DNA of 10,704 nucleotides from a virus (Duplodnaviria; Heunggongvirae; Uroviricota; Caudoviricetes): IMG/VR virus record IMGVR_UViG_2698536392_000007; one strand, 5' to 3'. Shown piece by piece: positions 1 to 5,870 of this stretch (position 1 is its first letter; each line of letters starts with the position of its first letter). The notes under the pieces were generated by a model. It saw only the letters and a program-made list of their open reading frames with translations, ran no database searches and was not told where the DNA came from. The position numbers and the translations under genes were made by a program.

Positions 1-13
1 CACCGGCAGCATA

Positions 14-51
14 ATAAAAAAAGCCAGCGCCCACTCTGAAGGACGCTGGCT
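14..51 (-). terminator. Candidate intrinsic terminator oriented for the minus strand
   Basis: Plus-strand 22-29 AGCCAGCG pairs with 44-51 CGCTGGCT (8-bp stem, further inner pairs possible). The A-run at 14-21 becomes a U-run after the hairpin only on the minus strand. No minus-strand gene is visible to assign it to. Confidence 0.3.
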
Positions 52-225
52 AAAACGGGTAGATGTACTTCACATGATACTTATATCTGGCAGTACATTT
101 TCTGACAGATAGTGACGGATGTTGTCAAGATATTGTGTCATTTATAACCTGAATCAGGGGAGGCCGGAATGTTATCTGGCATTTTTAGCAGAGCCTGAAT
201 GCCATAATCACGGCTCCCGGCGTTG

Positions 226-257
226 GCCGCCAGTGGGTGACACTGGCGGCTTTTTTG
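226..257 (+). terminator. Intrinsic terminator just upstream of the holin (tR'-like late terminator)
   Basis: Perfect 10-bp stem GCCGCCAGTG (226-235) / CACTGGCGGC (241-250) with 5-nt loop GGTGA, followed by TTTTTTGTTTTT (251-262). It sits about 50 bp upstream of the holin ATG, the position of the Q-antiterminated terminator in lambdoid late operons. Confidence 0.6.
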
Positions 258-306
258 TTTTTCTTTACTTTCATTTTCTGTCGGCGGTGACGGAGACATA
301 CATCAG

Positions 307-513
307 ATGGAAAAAATCACAACAGGTGTGTCATACACCACGTCAGCGGTGGGGACGGGATACTGGTTACTGCAGCTGCTGGACAAAGTCTCTCCGTCCC
401 AGTGGGTGGCAATAGGTGTGCTGGGGAGTCTGCTGTTTGGCCTGCTGACGTACCTGACAAACCTTTATTTCAAGATTAAAGAAGATAAGCGCAAGGCTGC
501 GAGAGGTGAATAA
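307..513 (+). CDS. S: Class II holin (pinholin-type, phage 21 S / DLP12 EssD-like)
   Basis: 68-aa [26 protein letters not shown]...[22 protein letters not shown] with two hydrophobic segments and a charged C-terminal tail. It closely resembles the phage 21 S holin as I remember it. GGAGA lies about 10 nt upstream of the ATG, and the stop overlaps the endolysin start (TAATG). Confidence 0.9.
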   Translation: MEKITTGVSYTTSAVGTGYWLLQLLDKVSPSQWVAIGVLGSLLFGLLTYLTNLYFKIKEDKRKAARGE

Positions 514-1010
514 TGCCTCCATCATTACGAAAAGCCGTTGCTGCTGCTATTGGTGGCGGAGCAATTGCTATAGCATCAGTGTTAATTACTGGCCCAAGTG
601 GTAACGATGGTCTGGAAGGTGTCAGCTACATACCATATAAAGATATTGTTGGTGTATGGACTGTATGTCACGGACACACCGGAAAAGACATCATGCCCGG
701 TAAAACGTATACCGAAGCAGAATGCAAAGCCCTCCTGAATAAAGACCTTGCCACGGTCGCCAGACAAATTAACCCGTACATCAAAATCGATATACCGGAA
801 ACAACGCGCGGCGCTCTTTACTCGTTCGTTTACAACGTGGGCGCTGGCAATTTCAGAACATCGACGCTTCTTCGCAAAATAAACCAGGGCGATATCAAAG
901 GCGCATGTGATCAGCTACGGCGCTGGACATACGCTGGCGGTAAGCAATGGAAAGGGCTGATGACTCGCCGTGAGATTGAGCGTGAAGTCTGTTTGTGGGG
1001 GCAACAATGA
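513..1010 (+). CDS. R: SAR endolysin (T4-lysozyme-like muramidase, phage 21 R / RrrD-like)
   Basis: 165-aa ORF whose N-terminus [27 protein letters not shown] is a Gly/Ala-rich signal-anchor-release segment, followed by a lysozyme domain ([12 protein letters not shown]...[18 protein letters not shown]). It is near-identical to the phage 21 R sequence as I remember it, and is coupled to the holin and Rz genes. Confidence 0.93.
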   Translation: MPPSLRKAVAAAIGGGAIAIASVLITGPSGNDGLEGVSYIPYKDIVGVWTVCHGHTGKDIMPGKTYTEAECKALLNKDLATVARQINPYIKIDIPETTRGALYSFVYNVGAGNFRTSTLLRKINQGDIKGACDQLRRWTYAGGKQWKGLMTRREIEREVCLWGQQ

Positions 1011-1324
1011 GCAGAGTAACCGCGATTATCTACGTTCTGGTCATCTGCCTCATCGTCTGCCTTTCATGGGCTGTTAATCATTACCGTGATAACGCCATCG
1101 CCTACAAAGAGCAGCGCGATAAAGCCACATCCATCATCGCTGATATGCAGAAGCGGCAACGTGATGTAGCAGAACTTGACGCCAGATACACAAAGGAGCT
1201 TGCTGATGCTAATGCGACTATCGAAAGTCTCCGTGCTGATGTTTCTGCTGGGCGTAAGCGCCTGCAAGTCTCCGCCACCTGTGCAAAGTCAACGACCGGA
1301 GCCAGCAGCATGGGCGATGGATAA
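1007..1324 (+). CDS. Rz: Rz i-spanin, truncated by an in-frame TAA; conserved C-terminal coding continues in frame to 1444
   Basis: ATG 1007 overlaps the endolysin stop (ATGA). [31 protein letters not shown] has an N-terminal TM segment and a coiled-coil region matching lambda-type Rz. The ORF track's GTG at 995 is an upstream extension. A TAA at 1322-1324 is followed in the same frame by [39 protein letters not shown], ending at TAA 1442-1444. Confidence 0.75.
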   Translation: MSRVTAIIYVLVICLIVCLSWAVNHYRDNAIAYKEQRDKATSIIADMQKRQRDVAELDARYTKELADANATIESLRADVSAGRKRLQVSATCAKSTTGASSMGDG

Positions 1325-1391
1325 AGCCCAGGACTTACAGCAGATGCTGAACTCAATTATTACCGTCTCCGAGGTGGAATCGACAAGATAA
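1206..1391 (+). CDS. Rz1: Rz1 o-spanin lipoprotein, embedded in the +1 frame of Rz
   Basis: [61 protein letters not shown] has a signal peptide with a VSAC lipobox and a proline-rich mature part like lambda Rz1. AAGGAG lies 7 nt upstream of ATG 1206, and ATG 1212 is an alternative start. The ORF-track start at 1176 is probably an upstream extension. Confidence 0.7.
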   Translation: MLMRLSKVSVLMFLLGVSACKSPPPVQSQRPEPAAWAMDKAQDLQQMLNSIITVSEVESTR

Positions 1392-1477
1392 CCGCGCAGG
1401 TTAACTACCTGCAGGAGTACATCAGGACGCAATGCCTGAAATAATTTTTTTTGCAAATCACAAAGTCCATTTAATGA

Positions 1478-1500
1478 GCCTCGCGATGCGGGGCTTTTTG
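1478..1500 (+). terminator. Intrinsic terminator after the lysis cassette (first of a tandem pair)
   Basis: Stem GCCTCGC (1478-1484) / GCGGGGC (1488-1494) with one G-U pair and a 3-nt loop, followed by TTTTT (1495-1499). Confidence 0.5.
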
Positions 1501-1506
1501 CAATAA

Positions 1507-1531
1507 ATGCGTACCGCAACGCATGTTTTTT
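1507..1531 (+). terminator. Second intrinsic terminator after the lysis cassette
   Basis: Stem ATGCGT (1507-1512) / ACGCAT (1519-1524) with a 6-nt loop, followed by G then TTTTTT (1526-1531). Confidence 0.45.
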
Positions 1532-1646
1532 ACACCGAACCTGCCCCTTTGGAATGGGCCTTTGAGGATACCAGTTAGTGCTGGCGAGCCTCGGTGGGCT
1601 GGTTTCCTGTGCGGCAAAGGTTCATTTCAAAGAGTAGGTACACGCT

Positions 1647-2144
1647 ATGAAATCATTAACCCTCTTCAATCAACCAATCCGTATCGGTGAAGATGGCATG
1701 ATCTGCCTCACTGATATGTGGAAAGCCAGTGGTAAAAGTGAATCTGAATCTCCGTACCACTACCTGCGAAACAAGCAGACCAAAGAGTTCTTGGCTGAGC
1801 TGGAGAAAAACCACGAATCTGTGGTTTTTACGGAACGCGGTGCGCACGGTGGAACTTATGGCGGAAAGTTCGTTGCTTATGATTACGCAGCATGGCTAAA
1901 CCCCGGATTTAAATATGCAGCCTATAAAGTCCTCGATGATTACTTCACCGGAGAGCTTCATCATCGGAACAGCTTAAGTGCGCAGCTCAACATGAAATGT
2001 CATGAGTTTGATCAGAAAAAAGACATGGCGAGCTTCTGTGGACAAGGCCTCGCGGCATGGCGCTACACGAAACCTGGTTTGATCGCTGAAATTAACTCCC
2101 TGGCTAACCAGTTGCAGATTTCGATCCCCGGGCTTCCGGGATGA
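1647..2144 (+). CDS. KilA-N domain protein (DNA-binding, APSES-type fold), function unknown
   Basis: 165-aa ORF with the KilA-N signature as I recall it: LTDMWKASGK ... ERGAHGGTYGGKFVAYDYAAWLNPGFKYAAYKVL, matching the RGG..GT...A.EFA.WLSP.F pattern. A short C-terminal extension of about 60 aa follows. G+C is low (about 25 of 60 nt at 1647-1706 by hand count). Confidence 0.8.
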   Translation: MKSLTLFNQPIRIGEDGMICLTDMWKASGKSESESPYHYLRNKQTKEFLAELEKNHESVVFTERGAHGGTYGGKFVAYDYAAWLNPGFKYAAYKVLDDYFTGELHHRNSLSAQLNMKCHEFDQKKDMASFCGQGLAAWRYTKPGLIAEINSLANQLQISIPGLPG

Positions 2145-2398
2145 GTGATCGTGTCATTGAATGCGCCTCCAGAGCGGGGCGCGACTTCTCAGAGTTCATG
2201 AAAGGCGAGAAGGGTATGATGGAAGCATTGGCCTCGGTGGATGAGTTTGGCGAGCAGCTGCGCCTCAACGGCTGTGTCAATCATCACTTTGTTAGCTACA
2301 TGATGCGGAACTCGATCATGCAGGCATTCATGGACATGGCAAAAGCCGAGAGGAAAGAAGAGCGCCGGCGTAAGCGAGCGGAAGCAAAAGCGAAGTAG
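2141..2398 (+). CDS. Hypothetical 85-aa protein, translationally coupled to the KilA-N gene, with a basic C-terminal tail
   Basis: Its ATG overlaps the upstream stop (ATGA at 2141-2144). The predicted protein is helical-looking and ends KAERKEERRRKRAEAKAK. I recognise no family. A hairpin lies just downstream at 2407-2428. Confidence 0.6.
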   Translation: MSDRVIECASRAGRDFSEFMKGEKGMMEALASVDEFGEQLRLNGCVNHHFVSYMMRNSIMQAFMDMAKAERKEERRRKRAEAKAK

Positions 2399-2690
2399 CC
2401 ATTACAAAGCCCATCTACTGGTGGGCTTGATAATGGCTTATACCCTACACGGGATAACTTAACTGATATCCCTTTTAACGGATAAAGGTATTCAAGCCTG
2501 ACACATCATGCGCTGTATCGTCGCTGTATTTCCGCATTAACCATGACCGTAGCCCGACGGGGAATTCCTTCTGCGCGAGTGTGCGGGGATAATCAAAAAC
2601 GATACACACCGGGGTTTACCGCGTTAACGGAGCGCGGCGTTGTCCCCTCATAGTCGCCTGTCCGGTACGATGGTGGAAGAAACCGAACGT

Positions 2691-2891
2691 TCATTTCTCG
2701 TTATTTGTCATGCTGGCCGGGCGCAGATGCGTTGCATCTGTTGCCAGCCTTCTCCTGCAGGCTTCAATAACCCACGCTGAAAAGTTACCGGACCCTTTAT
2801 GCTCAAGGGCTATGTTGATCTGTTCAATTATGTGATTGGGGAAACGGATATTGCGGGTTGTGGTTCTGCGGGTCCGGTTTTTCGATGACAT
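2691..2891 (-). CDS. YlcI/YnfO-like small protein with a ribbon-helix-helix-type pattern (putative DNA-binding regulator)
   Basis: Minus-strand ORF starting at the ATG at 2891 (MSSKNRTRRTTTRNIRFPNHIIEQINIALEHKGSGNFSAWVIEACRRRL...), with AAGGA 8 nt upstream. The short beta-strand, helix, G-x-S/N turn, helix layout is typical of Arc/MetJ/CopG proteins. It resembles the DLP12 ylcI product located upstream of the terminase gene, from memory. The longer ORF-track start at 2951 would overlap the HNH start and is rejected. Confidence 0.6.
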   Translation of the reverse strand: MSSKNRTRRTTTRNIRFPNHIIEQINIALEHKGSGNFSAWVIEACRRRLATDATHLRPASMTNNEK

Positions 2892-2932
2892 ATTTATTTC
2901 CTTTACTGATTGCCATATGACGGGGATTTTAC

Positions 2933-3298
2933 ATGGCTGAGCTTCGTACACTCCAGAGCAGAATCAAAACACTGAATACCCGGCGGGTGAATGTCCTGAA
3001 GGGTGAACAGCGTCGTGTCAGTGGCAGTGCCCGGGTTTCCCTCAAGCGTCGTATCTGGCTCAGGGATGCCGGACAGTGCTGTCTCTGTGGGCGTGTGGTT
3101 GACCTTTGTGACAGTGAACTCGATCACCGCATTGCACTTCAGTTCGGTGGTGGTAATGAGGAGACGAATCTCTGGACGCTCTGTACTGAATGCCATCGCC
3201 AGAAGTCAGTCAGTGAAACGGCGAGTGGTATGCCGGACCCGACGCTGCCGGAGGTGTCCGGAGGTCATGGCAGGGCAGACGATATCATCGGACTGTGA
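2933..3298 (+). CDS. HNH endonuclease (phage packaging-associated)
   Basis: 121-aa ORF with Cys pairs and an HNH core (CCLCGRVVDL...SELDHRIALQFGGGNEETNLWTLCTECHRQK). It lies immediately upstream of the non-coding repeat region and terS, the arrangement seen in HK97-like cos phages. Confidence 0.85.
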   Translation: MAELRTLQSRIKTLNTRRVNVLKGEQRRVSGSARVSLKRRIWLRDAGQCCLCGRVVDLCDSELDHRIALQFGGGNEETNLWTLCTECHRQKSVSETASGMPDPTLPEVSGGHGRADDIIGL

Positions 3299-3385
3299 CC
3301 CGCCCCGGGGGGGATCATCCGGCGAAAAAACGATCGCCCCGGACACCGCCCCCCGTCTCATGCAGAGAAAAAATTCCTGTTTCAG

Positions 3386-3407
3386 GCCAGTTAACATGTT
3401 AACTGGC
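3386..3407. repeat. Perfect 22-bp palindrome GCCAGTTAACATGTTAACTGGC
   Basis: Read directly; it is its own reverse complement. A further half-site copy ATGTTAACTGGC lies at 3464-3475. Confidence 0.9.
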
Positions 3408-3482
3408 TGCCCGGGCATTTTTTCGGTTTTTATCTTTATTATTCAGTTTGTTGTGCGAAAAAAATGTTAACTGGCTTTTTCA

Positions 3483-3515
3483 GCAAATGTTAACCAGGCA
3501 GCAGTTAACATTTGC
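3483..3515. repeat. Inverted repeat GCAAATGTTAAC - 9 bp - GTTAACATTTGC
   Basis: Read directly: 12-bp arms at 3483-3494 and 3504-3515 are exact reverse complements and share the ATGTTAAC core with the upstream palindrome. Confidence 0.9.
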
Positions 3516-3585
3516 GGCATGAGACGCCGGGAAAAATGGGCTGAACCATACCCGGCTGAGTGCGTTATGGACCCGGGAGGAGGCT

Positions 3586-4149
3586 GTGCTGACAACGCAA
3601 AAACGAAAATTTGCGCTGGCGCTCATGTCCGGGAAAAACAAAACAGCGTCAGCCCTTGCCGCCGGTTATTCGGCGAAGACCGCCAGGGTTAAAGGCTCGC
3701 AGCTGGCAAAAGATCCGGAGGTGCTTGCGTTTATAGCCCGTAAACAGTGCGAGACGGTGGAGGTGGATGAGGTTCCTGTTTACCGGCAGAAAAAATCAGA
3801 GCCGGAGGATAAACCCCGTCGCCGTGAGGCGGCTGCAATACCACAGCCGGACGAAACAAATCCGGAGATGCCACCGCCCGTGGTGATATCTCCTGGTATT
3901 GAGTATATGGAGGACGGTCTTCCCGATCCGGTGAAAGCGATGGGGCGTCTTCTGGTGGAGAACATTAATACCGACCCCAGGCTGGCGCTGGATGCGGCTT
4001 ATAAGCTGGCGCAGTTCACGCACCATAAAAAAGGGGATGCCGGTAAAAAATCGGCAAAAGGTGATGCCGCGAAAAAAGCGGCTAACCGTTTTGCGGTGCC
4101 ACCACCACCCCGCCTGGTGGTGAATAACGATAATGAGGGCAACGGATGA
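3586..4149 (+). CDS. terS: Terminase small subunit (Terminase_2-like N-terminal HTH)
   Basis: GTG start at 3586 preceded by GGGAGGAGG. The N-terminus LTTQKRKFALALMSGKNKTASALAAGYSAKTARVKGSQLAKDPEVLAFIA matches the small-terminase HTH pattern (..KQ..F.....G....A...AGYS.K.A). The C-terminal half is low-complexity and basic. The stop overlaps the terL start (ATGA). Confidence 0.8.
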   Translation: MLTTQKRKFALALMSGKNKTASALAAGYSAKTARVKGSQLAKDPEVLAFIARKQCETVEVDEVPVYRQKKSEPEDKPRRREAAAIPQPDETNPEMPPPVVISPGIEYMEDGLPDPVKAMGRLLVENINTDPRLALDAAYKLAQFTHHKKGDAGKKSAKGDAAKKAANRFAVPPPPRLVVNNDNEGNG

Positions 4150-5807
4150 TACCTGTATGGAGCACTGCCTGCCCGGACTGGGCAGAGCGCCTGAGAAAGG
4201 GGCTGTCGATTATTCCGGCTCCGATTTATCCGGACCAGGCTGCACATGCACTGGCGATTTTTAAACAACTGCGGATTGTGGATGCACCGGGTAGCCCGAC
4301 GTTCGGGGAGTCCTGTGCACAGTGGGTGTTTAACCTGGTGGCGGCCCTGTTTGGCTCCTACGATGCGCAGACCGGTGTACGCCATATCAAGGAAGTTTTT
4401 ATCCTTATCCCCAAGAAAAACTCGAAGTCCACGCTGGCCGCAGGGATCATGATGACTGCACTGTTACTGAACTGGCGGCAGGCGGCGGGCTACACGATTC
4501 TGGCCCCGACAGTGGAGGTGGCAGCCAACGCCTTCAACCCTGCCAGGGATATGGTACGACGGGACGATGATCTGGATGACCTCTGTCAGGTGCAGACACA
4601 TATCCGGACCATCACCCACCGGGTGACAGACACCACCCTGAAGGTGGTGGCAGCCGATCCGAATACGGTGTCCGGTATCAAGTCCGTGGGTACGCTGATT
4701 GATGAGCTGTGGCTGTTTGGCAAGCAGTACAAGGCGGAGGACATGTTACGTGAAGCCATCGGTGGCCTTGCCTCCCGCCCGGAAGGGTTTGTGGTGTATA
4801 CGACCACCCAGTCGAATGAACCGCCCGCCGGGGTGTTCAGACAGAAACTGCAGTACGCCCGGGATGTGCGCGACGGCAAAATTCATGATCCGCACTTTCT
4901 GCCGGTGATCTTTGAACACCCTCCTGAAATGGTGGAAAGCGGGGCTCACCTGCTGATGGAAAACCTCGCCATGGTCAATCCGAATCTCGGCTATTCAGTG
5001 GATGAGGCCTTTCTGTACCGGGAGTATCGAAAAGCACGGGAAGCCGGTGAAGAGACATTCCGGGGGTTCATGTCAAAACACGCCAATGTGGAAATTGGTC
5101 TTGCCCTGCGCTCTGACCGCTGGGCGGGGGCGGATTTCTGGGAAGAGCAGGGCCGTTGTATCAGCCTGGACGATATCCTGCTGCGTGCTGATGTGGTGAC
5201 AGTGGGGATTGACGGCGGAGGGCTGGATGATCTGCTGGGGATGTATGTGACTGGGCGTGACCGGGAGACCCGCGAATGGCTGGGCTGGGGCCATGCCTGG
5301 GCGCATGAAACCGCGGTGGTCCGACGGAAGAGCGAGGCGTCCCGGTTTCAGGATCTTGTTGCCTGTGGAGATATGACCATTGTCCGGCGTGTCGGGGATG
5401 ACACGGCGGAAGTGGCGGAATATGTGCGTCGCATTCATGAGGCTGAGTTACTGGACCATATCGGTATTGACCCGTCAGGGGTGGGGCAGATTCTGGATTC
5501 ACTGGCGGAAGCCGGGATCCCTGAAGGAATTGTGGTGGGGATAAGCCAGGGCTGGAAACTGGGTGGGGCCATCAAAACCACCGAGCGCAAATTGGCTGAG
5601 GGAGTGCTGGTGCATGGTGGTCAGCCACTGATGGCCTGGTGCGTTGGCAATGCCCGGGTGGAGCCTAAAGGTAACGCCATTCTTATCACCAAACAGGCCA
5701 GTGGACGGGGAAAAATTGACCCGCTGATGGCGCTGTTCAATGCGGTCTCCCTGATGTCCCTCAACCCGGAACCGAAAAAGAAAGAATATGCGGTTTTTTT
5801 CATATAA
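4146..5807 (+). CDS. terL: Terminase large subunit (ATPase plus RNaseH-like nuclease)
   Basis: 553-aa ORF with a Walker A-like LIPKKNSKSTLAAG, a Walker B-like TLIDELWLF, and a nuclease-domain motif VGIDGGGLDDLLGMYV, in the expected position after terS. Confidence 0.92.
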   Translation: MIPVWSTACPDWAERLRKGLSIIPAPIYPDQAAHALAIFKQLRIVDAPGSPTFGESCAQWVFNLVAALFGSYDAQTGVRHIKEVFILIPKKNSKSTLAAGIMMTALLLNWRQAAGYTILAPTVEVAANAFNPARDMVRRDDDLDDLCQVQTHIRTITHRVTDTTLKVVAADPNTVSGIKSVGTLIDELWLFGKQYKAEDMLREAIGGLASRPEGFVVYTTTQSNEPPAGVFRQKLQYARDVRDGKIHDPHFLPVIFEHPPEMVESGAHLLMENLAMVNPNLGYSVDEAFLYREYRKAREAGEETFRGFMSKHANVEIGLALRSDRWAGADFWEEQGRCISLDDILLRADVVTVGIDGGGLDDLLGMYVTGRDRETREWLGWGHAWAHETAVVRRKSEASRFQDLVACGDMTIVRRVGDDTAEVAEYVRRIHEAELLDHIGIDPSGVGQILDSLAEAGIPEGIVVGISQGWKLGGAIKTTERKLAEGVLVHGGQPLMAWCVGNARVEPKGNAILITKQASGRGKIDPLMALFNAVSLMSLNPEPKKKEYAVFFI

Positions 5808-5832
5808 CCCTGTTCACACTGTAACCATCACG

Positions 5833-5858
5833 AACCGCTCCGGCGGTTTTTTTATTTT
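5833..5858 (+). terminator. Candidate intrinsic terminator or attenuator between terL and the capsid gene
   Basis: Stem AACCGC (5833-5838) / GCGGTT (5843-5848) with tetraloop TCCG, followed by TTTTTATTTT (5849-5858), immediately upstream of the AGGAGG RBS at 5860-5865. Confidence 0.45.
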
Positions 5859-5870
5859 CAGGAGGCTGAT

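Larger units (their letters stand above)
3299..3585. promoter_or_regulatory. Candidate cos (cohesive-end) region between the HNH and terS genes
   Basis: A 287-bp non-coding gap. It contains a GC-rich tract CCCGCCCCGGGGGGG (3299-3313), an AT-rich segment (about 3411-3463), and five copies of an ATGTTAAC core in both orientations (3386-3515). Confidence 0.5.

Noticed and set aside
119-415. 98-aa plus-strand ORF across the late terminator and the holin start
   Set aside because: It spans the strong terminator hairpin and overlaps the holin in another frame; the holin frame has the RBS and a recognisable product.
995-1006. GTG 995 as the Rz start (ORF-track coordinates)
   Set aside because: ATG 1007 overlaps the endolysin stop in the usual ATGA coupling and gives the canonical MSRVTAII Rz N-terminus; the extra MGAT residues are an upstream read-through of the ORF caller.
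2626-2631. Isolated GTTAAC sites at 2626-2631 and 10505-10510 as further copies of the terS-upstream motif
   Set aside because: Only the 6-bp core is shared, not the flanking ATGTTAACTGGC context, so chance occurrences are more likely.
2892-2951. Longer start (2951) for the minus-strand YlcI-like ORF
   Set aside because: The extension MYEAQPCKIPVIWQSVKEIN would overlap the HNH start region and lacks an RBS, whereas the ATG at 2891 has AAGGA 8 nt upstream.
3003-3470. 155-aa plus-strand ORF and the 3206-3418 minus ORF spanning the HNH 3' end and the repeat region
   Set aside because: Out of frame with the well-supported HNH gene and running through the palindrome-rich non-coding gap; composition is Ser/Val/Arg-rich with no motif, so they are frame artefacts.
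3999-5502. Minus-strand ORFs 3999-4385, 4586-4879, 4746-4949, 5073-5438 and 5161-5502 within terS/terL
   Set aside because: Antisense to the terminase genes, which carry clear Walker A/B and nuclease motifs; no independent support.
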